A stretch of 64,000 nucleotides of DNA from a virus: IMG/VR virus record IMGVR_UViG_3300046171_000138, one strand, 5' to 3'. The first letter of the stretch is position 1. The number at the start of each line of letters is the position of its first letter. Position numbers and translations under genes: made by a program. Of the stretch, positions 1 through 7,922 are shown piece by piece. Under the pieces are notes generated by a model. It saw only the letters and a program-made list of their open reading frames with translations. It ran no database searches and had not been told where the DNA came from.

Positions 1-1
1 T

Positions 2-181
2 AACCTAAAGCTGCACGAAGTGTTCAACATGGGCAGGACATTGGATGATAGTGATTGGGACGACGACACAGCATCACAAATCTCTCAACATATTCTAGAA
101 TTGGTTGAGGATCACCAACAATCAAAGAAAACTAATTATGGAGTCCACAATGGACAGTACCAATGGAGAGCAAGTGACTGA
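2..181 (+). CDS. 3' end of hypothetical phage protein (starts before window)
   Basis: Open frame from window edge (NLKLHEVFNMGRTLDDSDW...) to TGA 179-181. Confidence 0.5.
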   Translation, partial: NLKLHEVFNMGRTLDDSDWDDDTASQISQHILELVEDHQQSKKTNYGVHNGQYQWRASD

Positions 182-407
182 AGTTATTGTACCCGAAGGT
201 GCAGAACTTATTGATGAATGCTTCTACGTCTGGGAAACTAGGTATGGACTGTATTCTACGATGACAAAGGCAGGTCGCAACATGATGACTGGTGGCACTA
301 AAGATGGTGTCTGTCTTATGACACGTTGGCATCTTAAGTGTGAGCAAGAGGGTACACTACATCTATACACTAGAGTTGTCAATAGTACCCAGGGCGTCAA
401 GTTATGA
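138..407 (+). CDS. Hypothetical cyanophage protein
   Basis: ORF MESTMDSTNGEQ...; stop overlaps next start (ATGA). Confidence 0.7.
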   Translation: MESTMDSTNGEQVTEVIVPEGAELIDECFYVWETRYGLYSTMTKAGRNMMTGGTKDGVCLMTRWHLKCEQEGTLHLYTRVVNSTQGVKL

Positions 408-1102
408 TGGAACAATTTAGTAATGATATAAGTGGTGAGACAGTAGAAATTGCTACTATACCTATCTTTGCAACGCCATTGATAGTTACTAAATTCCCAA
501 AGCATGAATCATATGAATGGAAGTCATTTGATAGGGTAGTTAGAAAACCAGAGGTATGGTTTACTCCTCTCAATACATCATTCCCTAATATTAAGGAGGA
601 TGATCCGTATATTGATAATGAGACTGCGGAGAATGTTAAGAGAGATGTGTTAGAGCATTGCAAGAAAGTCCTTGCTTGCTATAATATGCCAGCTGACATA
701 CGATACAACGGCTTCTGGTATAATGCATACTATGAAGAACATGGTCAAGAACCACACGATCATTTGTCACCTGATAACTTAAACCCATACTGGTCTGGCA
801 TATACTTTGCAAGCAATTGTTGTGAAGGACAGTTGACATTCCAGAAAACAGATCTTTCCATGCGTACACAGCAATTGTTTAAGCATAGTGATAGTAAGAT
901 CTGTGACTATTACGAAGAACTCTGGACATCATACATTCATGATGGACATATATTGTTGTTCCCACCACATCTGAAACATGCTGTAAAGGTGGGTAAGGAG
1001 AATCGTAATAAGATGAGGTTGACATTCAGTTTTAATCTTGCTATTAATAGGAGTGCGTACTTACCTGATGAATATTTTCGTGACGAGTCAACATCCGACT
1101 GA
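404..1102 (+). CDS. 2OG-Fe(II) oxygenase (TIGR02466-like)
   Basis: HxD (EPHDH), WSGIYF, distal H (FPPHLKHAV) and RLTFSFN motifs. Confidence 0.85.
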   Translation: MMEQFSNDISGETVEIATIPIFATPLIVTKFPKHESYEWKSFDRVVRKPEVWFTPLNTSFPNIKEDDPYIDNETAENVKRDVLEHCKKVLACYNMPADIRYNGFWYNAYYEEHGQEPHDHLSPDNLNPYWSGIYFASNCCEGQLTFQKTDLSMRTQQLFKHSDSKICDYYEELWTSYIHDGHILLFPPHLKHAVKVGKENRNKMRLTFSFNLAINRSAYLPDEYFRDESTSD

Positions 1103-1580
1103 ATCAGCAGAGTGTTTACCTGACAAGCACATTGTCAAGATGCCATTAGAAACATGTCAGATGCTATCTATTGTATGCTCTGACAAGTGGGGTCATGGTT
1201 ATGGCACAATACCTAAAGCAGATGGTAATCCATATGCTACTGATAAAGGTGCATTCCGTAATCATCCTTGTACTAAATGGGCTAATGAGACTGTAGAGAA
1301 CTCTAGATGGTTGCTTGCTCATGGTATAGCATTATGTGAAGAGTATTTCAATCGATATGGTAAATGCCATACTTGTTTCAAGACTCTCCTTGTTGCTGAT
1401 GAGATCATTCCTTATGTTAAATGGGATAATCATACTCCATTTGTTCGTGCAATGCCTGAAGAGTACAAGTTTGATGATAGCATAGATACACTGACAGCAT
1501 ATAAAATGTATATTGCTTCTAAACCATGGGTATCTAGCAACTACCTACGACTACCGAACCGCAAACCTGACTGGATTTAA
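1068..1580 (+). CDS. Pyrimidine-dimer DNA glycosylase / endonuclease V (DenV)-like protein
   Basis: MNIFVT...LPDKHIVKMPLETCQML and NHPCTKW motifs recalled from this phage family. Confidence 0.7.
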   Translation: MNIFVTSQHPTESAECLPDKHIVKMPLETCQMLSIVCSDKWGHGYGTIPKADGNPYATDKGAFRNHPCTKWANETVENSRWLLAHGIALCEEYFNRYGKCHTCFKTLLVADEIIPYVKWDNHTPFVRAMPEEYKFDDSIDTLTAYKMYIASKPWVSSNYLRLPNRKPDWI

Positions 1581-1723
1581 TGAAATATATTGTTCCTGTT
1601 GATGATGAAGGTGTGCTTACATTTCCTGATGAACTCATGGATAAATTAGATTGGCATCCAGGTGACACACTATTGTGGATAGATAACAAAGATGGATCAT
1701 TTACACTAAAGAAAGAAAACTAA
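1580..1723 (+). CDS. AbrB/MazE/SpoVT-like small DNA-binding protein
   Basis: 47-aa ORF absent from the track: MKYIVPVDDEGVLTFPDELMDKLDWHPGDTLLWIDNKDGSFTLKKEN; TAATG coupling at both ends. Confidence 0.75.
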   Translation: MKYIVPVDDEGVLTFPDELMDKLDWHPGDTLLWIDNKDGSFTLKKEN

Positions 1724-1944
1724 TGGCACTATCAAAATCAGTTGAAGACTCACTAGATGAAGCAGAGTCTAACCTACGTAATGCATTGTCATATGCTGCA
1801 AGACAAGAGAAACCTTTCATTTGTAATGCTATTGCAGAGATGATCAGCAAGATTGACTCAATGAAACAAATGGATAGCATCATGGATAAGCTTGATAACC
1901 GTAACTTTGGAGATAGTGGAACATGGGGACCAATCGTAGAGTAG
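1723..1944 (+). CDS. Hypothetical cyanophage protein
   Basis: ORF MALSKSVEDSLDEAESNLRNAL, coupled to upstream stop. Confidence 0.75.
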   Translation: MALSKSVEDSLDEAESNLRNALSYAARQEKPFICNAIAEMISKIDSMKQMDSIMDKLDNRNFGDSGTWGPIVE

Positions 1945-2096
1945 AGATCGAACTAGGATCAGACTTACAGGATGAGTATGAGTATTGGTTAGAAGCGAAG
2001 CGATCATTATGTACAGAACGCAGCATCAATTCATTTCTCAATTTCATATCAGTATATGGCACACACAACAACCCAAAAGACCCTGACAAAGCGTGA
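1923..2096 (+). CDS. Small hypothetical protein
   Basis: 57-aa ORF MGTNRRVEIELGSDLQDEYEYWLEAK..., read manually; fills the gap. Confidence 0.55.
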   Translation: MGTNRRVEIELGSDLQDEYEYWLEAKRSLCTERSINSFLNFISVYGTHNNPKDPDKA

Positions 2097-2259
2097 AGCA
2101 GTGTGGATCTGCAGACGCATGATCAAGGTGTGGCATAAAGAATTGCGTGGAGATGCATCAGGTAAGCAATTATACTGGTCATTTTTCCTTGACACACTAC
2201 ACAATTGTGGTAGAATATCTGATGAAGACCACGCAACATGGCAATGTCCATTCAAGTAA
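2056..2259 (+). CDS. Small hypothetical protein
   Basis: ORF track; ends ...TWQCPFK. Confidence 0.65.
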   Translation: MAHTTTQKTLTKREAVWICRRMIKVWHKELRGDASGKQLYWSFFLDTLHNCGRISDEDHATWQCPFK

Positions 2260-2426
2260 CACTGACCAAAGAAGAACTAAACATCATTTGGAGCGCACTA
2301 CAATACATGACACGCGGACAAGAGAGTGTTGTCACGACAAAGTATGGTAGTGTCTCCGAGTTGGCACAAAGAATTGACTTCTACCTGTCTACAGGAAGAC
2401 ATGGGAAAGATCTAGACCTGCTGTGA
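2238..2426 (+). CDS. Small hypothetical protein
   Basis: ORF track; tight packing. Confidence 0.6.
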   Translation: MAMSIQVTLTKEELNIIWSALQYMTRGQESVVTTKYGSVSELAQRIDFYLSTGRHGKDLDLL

Positions 2427-2480
2427 CAGTATACAAACCGCCACACATCAGCTCGCCACGCACTCGTTGCGCTCTACAAT
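2423..2480 (+). promoter_or_regulatory. Dyad-associated sigma70-like promoter
   Basis: GTGACAG-TATACAAA-CCGCCAC (2423-2444); TCGCCA; -10 TACAAT 2475-2480. Confidence 0.7.
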
Positions 2481-2506
2481 ATGCAAGTACACAACAGGAG
2501 CACCCT

Positions 2507-2653
2507 ATGTGGGATGAGATCAACGACATGGAAGGCGAAATCTTCGATCGTTTAGACGTTGATGATGATCTTCCCTCCATTCTGTCGCTCACTGATGAAG
2601 ACATTAATCAGTTGATTGACGAGCACGAAGCAAACACTGACGACAACAACTGA
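2507..2653 (+). CDS. Small acidic hypothetical protein
   Basis: MWDEINDMEGEIFD...; AGGAG upstream. Confidence 0.7.
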   Translation: MWDEINDMEGEIFDRLDVDDDLPSILSLTDEDINQLIDEHEANTDDNN

Positions 2654-2655
2654 TC

Positions 2656-2817
2656 ATGCAAAAGTACGAACTCACCATTCAATCTAACAGTGGAAAATTT
2701 CTTCAACGACACATCGTTTCTCGACAAACTGCACAAACTGTCTGCGATTTCGTCAAATACAACGGATACCAAAACTACGCCGATGTTAAACTCATCGTCG
2801 CAGAATGCTGCTATTGA
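2656..2817 (+). CDS. Small hypothetical protein
   Basis: 53-aa ORF MQKYELTIQSNSGKF..., read manually. Confidence 0.55.
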   Translation: MQKYELTIQSNSGKFLQRHIVSRQTAQTVCDFVKYNGYQNYADVKLIVAECCY

Positions 2818-2908
2818 TGAACCTGATGTATTTGCCATGGCATTAGAATCTCGTGCAGCATATTATGAAGTGACAGTGGATTATTACATTGAAGAGTTTC
2901 TTCTGTAG
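2783..2908 (+). CDS. Small hypothetical protein
   Basis: MLNSSSQ...MALESRAAYYEVTVDYYIEEFLL. Confidence 0.55.
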   Translation: MLNSSSQNAAIDEPDVFAMALESRAAYYEVTVDYYIEEFLL

Positions 2909-2944
2909 TATACATATCAATGAATAATTCACAAGTATTCATCC

Positions 2945-3088
2945 ATGACTGATATCGAACAATCCATGGTAGATGAGATGAAATCACTCATCAAAGATCA
3001 CGCAGACACGATCAACGATCAAGCTGCTTACATCGAAGAACTGCAACAACAAATGTCCGACATGCACGATAGATTCTATGACTGCTGA
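2945..3088 (+). CDS. Small coiled-coil hypothetical protein
   Basis: 47-aa ORF MTDIEQSMVDEMKSLIKDH..., read manually. Confidence 0.6.
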   Translation: MTDIEQSMVDEMKSLIKDHADTINDQAAYIEELQQQMSDMHDRFYDC

Positions 3089-3347
3089 TGTTATTCATGA
3101 CCTTGATTCACACCTAGACAGTGGTCATGTGTGGAGACTTGAACTCGAACAAGAGTGGCAAGATGATCAAGCAGAACCACCTAATGGTGTGTATACTGTC
3201 TGCAACTCACGTCATCGCACCAAATCAGAGAGTCTAGCAATGTATATTGCTCACACACTATATCCTGACATTTCATTCATCACGATGACAGATCAACCAT
3301 GTACGAGAGACAACTATGTATCCAGTAGGGACAGAAGTAGAGTATGA
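3078..3347 (+). CDS. Hypothetical cyanophage protein
   Basis: ORF track (SGHVWRLELE...AMYIAHTLYPD). Confidence 0.7.
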   Translation: MTADVIHDLDSHLDSGHVWRLELEQEWQDDQAEPPNGVYTVCNSRHRTKSESLAMYIAHTLYPDISFITMTDQPCTRDNYVSSRDRSRV

Positions 3348-3508
3348 TGGATACTATGGTGTTGTGACCTTCAACTATGAAGATAAACAATGCACCATAT
3401 GCATCAAAGTCTGTACCTGATGACATCCCTAGATCAGTCTGTCTCGTAGTAACGAAACAAAACTTTCACAAAATTCACCTCATCAACGGAAACCGAAGCG
3501 ATTCTTGA
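3316..3508 (+). pseudogene. Small hypothetical gene split by an apparent +1 frameshift
   Basis: MYPVGTEVEYDGYYGVVTF...CTICIK (stop 3418-3420) continues in the +1 frame as VPDDIPRSVCLVVTKQNFHKIHL (stop 3506-3508). Confidence 0.5.
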
Positions 3509-3512
3509 CATC

Positions 3513-3659
3513 ATGGAACAATACAACTTTGAAATGGGTAACTACGAAGGCGACTGGACAGATGATCCAGCAGTTCGGGAGTCTATCTTGCGTGATGCAG
3601 CCGAGCAGGTGCTGTGGGACAGTATCGAAACTGTACCACCAGAACTGGACGAGTTCTGA
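3513..3659 (+). CDS. Small acidic hypothetical protein
   Basis: 48-aa ORF MEQYNFEMGNYEGDWTDDP..., read manually. Confidence 0.6.
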   Translation: MEQYNFEMGNYEGDWTDDPAVRESILRDAAEQVLWDSIETVPPELDEF

Positions 3660-3673
3660 CCACAGACTATACT
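3616..3673 (+). promoter_or_regulatory. Dyad-associated sigma70-like promoter
   Basis: GGGACAG-TATCGAAA-CTGTACC (3616-3637); -10 TATACT 3668-3673. Confidence 0.7.
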
Positions 3674-3695
3674 GATGCTATCAACACCAGAACAA

Positions 3696-3941
3696 ATGCT
3701 GATTGACACCCAACTGCTCTCCGTCATCGAGTCCCTCCAGGATGCCCTGCAAGTGGGTGAGAATGCTACTAACCTAGATTCCCCTGTAGACTCTGATGGA
3801 GACGCTCTGAAGGACTGTCTAGACGACTCTCCTGCTCCTTCGTATGCATATGCATATGGTTGGACTGCTGCTAGCATCAAATCTGCGTTGTTTTCACTCG
3901 AAACTATTCGTACACAACTTATCAACGCGAAAACAATGTGA
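3696..3941 (+). CDS. Hypothetical protein
   Basis: ORF; start placed downstream of the -10 box. Confidence 0.65.
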   Translation: MLIDTQLLSVIESLQDALQVGENATNLDSPVDSDGDALKDCLDDSPAPSYAYAYGWTAASIKSALFSLETIRTQLINAKTM

Positions 3942-4285
3942 ACAATCATCATTTAGACAGACACCTAACACAAGATCAGATAAACAGTGCCGCTCACGAG
4001 CAGGTTGATAATTTCTTTGAAAGTAATGATAAGTTTATCTTGCCTGAAGATCCCCTGTTTAAATATGATCCTGTATACCTCCCTCATCGTAAGTGTCAAT
4101 GTTGTGATCATGATAAGTTCTTCCTAGAATATCATTACAAACGTTGGGATACAGGAAAGAAGAGATTGTCTCACTTTGGTCTGCTACGTTGTGATAAATG
4201 TGGTTCAGCTATTACATGGGTGAACGGAGACCTACGTGATGCACTTATCGAAAGAAACAACATTAACATAGCAGAGATAGACTAA
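3938..4285 (+). CDS. Hypothetical protein with two CxxC pairs (possible Zn-ribbon)
   Basis: CQCCDH and CDKCG motifs. Confidence 0.6.
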   Translation: MNNHHLDRHLTQDQINSAAHEQVDNFFESNDKFILPEDPLFKYDPVYLPHRKCQCCDHDKFFLEYHYKRWDTGKKRLSHFGLLRCDKCGSAITWVNGDLRDALIERNNINIAEID

Positions 4286-4500
4286 TGAAACTCGATAGTA
4301 AAGCGAGAGTTGTAGGCAGTGTTGGAGTCATCACTGCCTATTTTATTATCTTGCATGTGAATGTAATCACTGGTGTGGTGTTAAATTGTATTGCTGATGT
4401 GATCAGCATTCCATACTTCATCAGGACAAAATCATGGGACGTGGTGATCATGGTAGTGTTCTTGCTCATGATCAGCATGTCCAAGCTGACCACCTCTTGA
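4285..4500 (+). CDS. Small membrane protein
   Basis: About three hydrophobic segments in 71 aa. Confidence 0.7.
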   Translation: MKLDSKARVVGSVGVITAYFIILHVNVITGVVLNCIADVISIPYFIRTKSWDVVIMVVFLLMISMSKLTTS

Positions 4501-4543
4501 AGTGTCCACTATTGTGGCACAGCACCCCATAACCGTGTATATT
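4487..4543 (+). promoter_or_regulatory. Dyad-associated sigma70-like promoter
   Basis: TGACCAC-CTCTTGAA-GTGTCCA (4487-4508); -10 TATATT 4538-4543. Confidence 0.7.
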
Positions 4544-4567
4544 AAGAGAGTCAACGCAATGCACCCC

Positions 4568-4810
4568 ATGACAGTCCAAGTCGTCAAGCACTCTCACTAC
4601 AAGATCGAGATCGACACCAAGGATCTCTCGTTTCCAATCGTGTATTTCCGTAAAGAAGGCAAGTGTAAGACTGCCAAGGGCATGGAGCGTCAGCACGAAC
4701 GCATCGTGAGCGAGGTTATCGAGGACTGGCGTCAGTTTGACAGTCAGATCAAGCGTTTCACTGTCTCCCGTGTGCCAGCAGACGAAGTGCCCACCAACTT
4801 GTCGAAATAG
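4568..4810 (+). CDS. Hypothetical cyanophage protein
   Basis: MTVQVVKHSHYKIEIDT...; start downstream of promoter. Confidence 0.7.
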   Translation: MTVQVVKHSHYKIEIDTKDLSFPIVYFRKEGKCKTAKGMERQHERIVSEVIEDWRQFDSQIKRFTVSRVPADEVPTNLSK

Positions 4811-4830
4811 GGCACCAGATGCCCTATACT
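4772..4830 (+). promoter_or_regulatory. Dyad-associated sigma70-like promoter
   Basis: GTGCCAG-CAGACGAA-GTGCCCA (4772-4793); -10 TATACT 4825-4830. Confidence 0.7.
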
Positions 4831-4856
4831 TAATTCATCAGCAACCAACCCACACC

Positions 4857-5108
4857 ATGCAACTCACAAACAACGTCTGCACTGTTGACTTCTTTCCCGA
4901 GGCATTCATTGCTGAAGGTGACAACGTGATCGTCAAGCGTTTCCAGAAGCGTGTTACATTCAACAATGGCACTAAATCTTACAGCACTGTGACTATGTTG
5001 ACAGCACAGAATGAGTGGGAGACACGTATCGCTAACGGTGCTACAGTTAATGGATACAACATGTCACAAATGCCACGCTCCGAGTATGCTCCAATGGCAG
5101 TAGGTTGA
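4857..5108 (+). CDS. Hypothetical cyanophage protein
   Basis: MQLTNNVCTVDFFPEAFIAE... Confidence 0.7.
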   Translation: MQLTNNVCTVDFFPEAFIAEGDNVIVKRFQKRVTFNNGTKSYSTVTMLTAQNEWETRIANGATVNGYNMSQMPRSEYAPMAVG

Positions 5109-5173
5109 TCCGAGGGTTTATATAATTGTGTCTCCAGCCGCGAGACCTTCCCTCATTCTTTTCTTTCTTCATC

Positions 5174-5347
5174 ATGCTTTTCGATCTCCCAGTTTACAAG
5201 AAACAACTTCCACAAGTATGGTTGGAGGATGGTAAGTTTATCATCGAATCTGACTCGTTTCGTTATGTGATTGAAGATGACTTAAAACTATTGTTTAAGT
5301 TGTGCCGTCGTTTTAAGTCTGATGCTATCACTCAAACTTATGAGTAA
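5174..5347 (+). CDS. Small hypothetical protein
   Basis: MLFDLPVYKKQLPQVWLEDGKF... Confidence 0.65.
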   Translation: MLFDLPVYKKQLPQVWLEDGKFIIESDSFRYVIEDDLKLLFKLCRRFKSDAITQTYE

Positions 5348-5480
5348 GTCAAACTTCATTCAATACTCACTCGCATTTGTTGTCACGATCTTTGCAATGT
5401 CATCTTATTTGATGTTCCTTGCTCATCGTGACACACAGATGATGAACTACTACAACTCAACCATTCAGAAAACAAAATGA
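5340..5480 (+). CDS. Small single-TM protein
   Basis: 46-aa ORF MSKSNFIQYSLAFVVTIFAMSSYLMFLAHRD..., read manually. Confidence 0.6.
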   Translation: MSKSNFIQYSLAFVVTIFAMSSYLMFLAHRDTQMMNYYNSTIQKTK

Positions 5481-5572
5481 CAGTGAACGTACAACAGTGG
5501 GCAGCATATCTTCACTGGTTAGATGACTGTGAGTCAGGCTATGAGATGTTGTTAGTGTTAGATGCTGTATGA
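5477..5572 (+). CDS. Very small hypothetical protein
   Basis: 31-aa ORF with ATGA overlaps at both ends. Confidence 0.45.
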   Translation: MTVNVQQWAAYLHWLDDCESGYEMLLVLDAV

Positions 5573-5865
5573 CATTACCAACTGATTTCCCATACACAGC
5601 ACCAAAGCATTATTATTATGAATGTGAAGATTTCAAATCTAATGTGGTTGCTATATGGCTTTGTAACACTCAAAGTTATTCTTATAGCACTGATAGTCCT
5701 ATTCGTACCATCTGGGGATTCGTCAAGTTCAAGCGAACAAAGAGAAGCACTACGCACACTTACCATGCCCCCATCAACTCAAATAAGGTAGGTAAAGAGG
5801 TGTCGTTAAATAACACCACGGCATGGAGTGCAATGCCATTACTCAAATCATATGTAAGCACATGA
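5569..5865 (+). CDS. Conserved cyanophage hypothetical protein
   Basis: DFPYTAP...IRTIWGF...YHAPINSNKVGKEV motif recalled from cyanomyophage early genes. Confidence 0.75.
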   Translation: MTLPTDFPYTAPKHYYYECEDFKSNVVAIWLCNTQSYSYSTDSPIRTIWGFVKFKRTKRSTTHTYHAPINSNKVGKEVSLNNTTAWSAMPLLKSYVST

Positions 5866-6245
5866 ATGTAGAAGACGATCCAAATACTTATCGTACTCCT
5901 GGACTCTATGATGATCCTACAGTACATCAGCAATCACCACTCGAAAGACTGATCCTATCATTGTTTGAGAAGTTGAAGTGGGAACTTGATGATGACATTG
6001 AGATCACAATTTCAGGTAGTCAGACATCAGGTATTGATCAACCTGAAGGATACAATAAGAAATGGTCAACACCTCTTGGTGAGGTAAAGTATAATCATGA
6101 TGCATTCATTGTGATTAAGAACCGTGATCGTAGTCCTTTTGTACCATCAGTCGCACCACTACCATCACAACAGGGTGATAATCCTGAAATGATTCAACCA
6201 ACTGAAACCAATGACACTGACTTACAGCAAGGAACAACTGATTGA
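5862..6245 (+). CDS. Hypothetical protein
   Basis: ORF from ATG 5862, coupled to upstream stop. Confidence 0.65.
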   Translation: MNVEDDPNTYRTPGLYDDPTVHQQSPLERLILSLFEKLKWELDDDIEITISGSQTSGIDQPEGYNKKWSTPLGEVKYNHDAFIVIKNRDRSPFVPSVAPLPSQQGDNPEMIQPTETNDTDLQQGTTD

Positions 6246-6417
6246 TGCACTCGTGCATGAGTGGGACTATCTTTGTCATGATGATTACGATCCTGATGAT
6301 GACACACCAGAGGAGTATCGTCTGAAGTTAGAGTTACTCACTGTGGAAGAATTGGTAGAAGAAACATCAACTGGTGAAGGTTACACACTGGATGAGTTCA
6401 TGGACAATCATGGGTGA
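6211..6417 (+). CDS. Small acidic hypothetical protein
   Basis: MTLTYSKEQLIDALVHEWDYLCHDD... Confidence 0.7.
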   Translation: MTLTYSKEQLIDALVHEWDYLCHDDYDPDDDTPEEYRLKLELLTVEELVEETSTGEGYTLDEFMDNHG

Positions 6418-6470
6418 CAGTTCAAGAACTGGTCAGAACGCTTGACAGTGACCCCATAGGGCTGTATATT
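6414..6470 (+). promoter_or_regulatory. Dyad-associated sigma70-like promoter
   Basis: GTGACAG-TTCAAGAA-CTGGTCA (6414-6435); TTGACA 6442-6447, 17 bp, TATATT 6465-6470. Confidence 0.85.
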
Positions 6471-6494
6471 AAGAGAGTCAAAGGAACACATCCA

Positions 6495-6668
6495 ATGCTC
6501 GTCTCCGAATACTACATGATCAGTGCTGTCACTCCTGAAGATGGTGAGGTAAGTTATGAGACGATTGATCAGCAGTTGGCACGTAGCATACATTCTGAAT
6601 TGCTCGGTCGTCAACTGAATCAGGACGGTACGCATAGTGTCACAGTCCGTGTGCCAACACGCTCCTGA
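6495..6668 (+). CDS. Small hypothetical protein
   Basis: MLVSEYYMISAVTPEDGEV... Confidence 0.65.
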   Translation: MLVSEYYMISAVTPEDGEVSYETIDQQLARSIHSELLGRQLNQDGTHSVTVRVPTRS

Positions 6669-6679
6669 TCCATTATACT
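6622..6679 (+). promoter_or_regulatory. Dyad-associated sigma70-like promoter
   Basis: AGGACGG-TACGCATA-GTGTCAC (6622-6643); GTGCCA, 17 bp, TATACT 6674-6679. Confidence 0.7.
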
Positions 6680-6700
6680 AAACACATCAGCAAGGCATTC

Positions 6701-7159
6701 ATGACCACCACACCAATGAACAAAGAGTTTTCTGACTATTGTGCTCAACGTGACGCACAGAATAGTATTCAACTCAACATCACCAAGTATTGCTTTGAGT
6801 TATGTAATGCACTCTTGACAAACTATATCAATGAATCGATTCGTCGTCATGAGTTCTTGATGCCATCATCTGATAAGCAAGAGTATCATGCTGCATGTAT
6901 TGCAGATTTACAAGATGGTAATTGTGGTTATGAGTTTACTGTTGACACTGGTCGTAAGTATCACAAGATCATGATGCATACTGGTGGTACTAAATCAGTA
7001 CATGCATTTGTTGATCGTAAGACTGGTGAAGTATACAAACCAGCAAGTATCAAAGCACCTGCCAAGGGAGTACGATTCAATATGCTCATTCTTTCACAAC
7101 GTAATTGGTTGTTAGAGAATGCTGATTGGGCTGGTGGTTATCTGTACCGCAGGGGTTGA
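6701..7159 (+). CDS. Conserved cyanophage early protein of unknown function
   Basis: KYHKI...SVHAFVDRKTGEVYKPAS.KAPAKGVR...WAGGYLY motif. Confidence 0.8.
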   Translation: MTTTPMNKEFSDYCAQRDAQNSIQLNITKYCFELCNALLTNYINESIRRHEFLMPSSDKQEYHAACIADLQDGNCGYEFTVDTGRKYHKIMMHTGGTKSVHAFVDRKTGEVYKPASIKAPAKGVRFNMLILSQRNWLLENADWAGGYLYRRG

Positions 7160-7184
7160 CATTCAACTCAATACATAGTATACT
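7156..7184 (+). promoter_or_regulatory. Near-consensus sigma70 promoter
   Basis: TTGACA 7156-7161, 17 bp, TATACT 7179-7184. Confidence 0.85.
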
Positions 7185-7199
7185 CACTTCAGTTCACTC

Positions 7200-7427
7200 A
7201 TGACCACGATGGAATCCGATTTCATGTATGTTGTCGTTAATGGCGAAGCAATCATGTTAGAGAACGGCACCACAACTACTTACCTAGTTGATGATGACGG
7301 TACAATTGACTGGGATAGTCACGATACTCTTGATTGGGAGGATATGCTACCTGAAGAGTATAAACTGTACAAGGCAGCATATGATTTCCTTGCTACGTAC
7401 AACAACACTTACATGTATACCAAATGA
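7200..7427 (+). CDS. Small acidic hypothetical protein
   Basis: ORF track. Confidence 0.65.
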   Translation: MTTMESDFMYVVVNGEAIMLENGTTTTYLVDDDGTIDWDSHDTLDWEDMLPEEYKLYKAAYDFLATYNNTYMYTK

Positions 7428-7651
7428 ATCTCGTCACTGAACACGTTCTAGAACTGCTAGAACCCATCACCGAAGAACTGAAGGTCAAACCAAGACTTGA
7501 TATCTCTGACAGGGAATATCAACTGTTCTGGCGTTATCATGGTCACTATCCTGCCGAGTTTGCTGCTGCTCTGATGAAAGCATTACCTGAAGGTTATACT
7601 TTCGTTGAGTATGATCACTTGAATAACAAACTCACTACCACTCATGAATAA
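7424..7651 (+). CDS. Small hypothetical protein
   Basis: ORF track; ATGA overlap. Confidence 0.65.
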   Translation: MNLVTEHVLELLEPITEELKVKPRLDISDREYQLFWRYHGHYPAEFAAALMKALPEGYTFVEYDHLNNKLTTTHE

Positions 7652-7922
7652 AGCACTCCAAGAACAACTCTCCAGACAAATGGATATGATCATGGAGAAT
7701 CGACTACGACGATTCAAGTTTCTCATACGTAAAGATCGTATGGAAGATGCTTTCTCTATTGCTGATGAGTTCTATGAGTGGATGCATCCTGATCACCAAG
7801 ATGATGATGACCTGATTGTGTATTACAATGAAGAAGAACTCGAAGCCCTCTACTACCAAAAGAAAGTCCAAAGCCTCTCCGAAGATCTTGAAGATTACGG
7901 ATCGGCGGAAGAACATTACTGA
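7644..7922 (+). CDS. Hypothetical cyanophage protein
   Basis: ORF track. Confidence 0.65.
   Translation: MNKALQEQLSRQMDMIMENRLRRFKFLIRKDRMEDAFSIADEFYEWMHPDHQDDDDLIVYYNEEELEALYYQKKVQSLSEDLEDYGSAEEHY

Noticed and set aside
2870-7148. Extra dyad candidates at 2870, 5070 and 7127
   Set aside because: Only one half-site matches convincingly, so they were not counted among the twelve.
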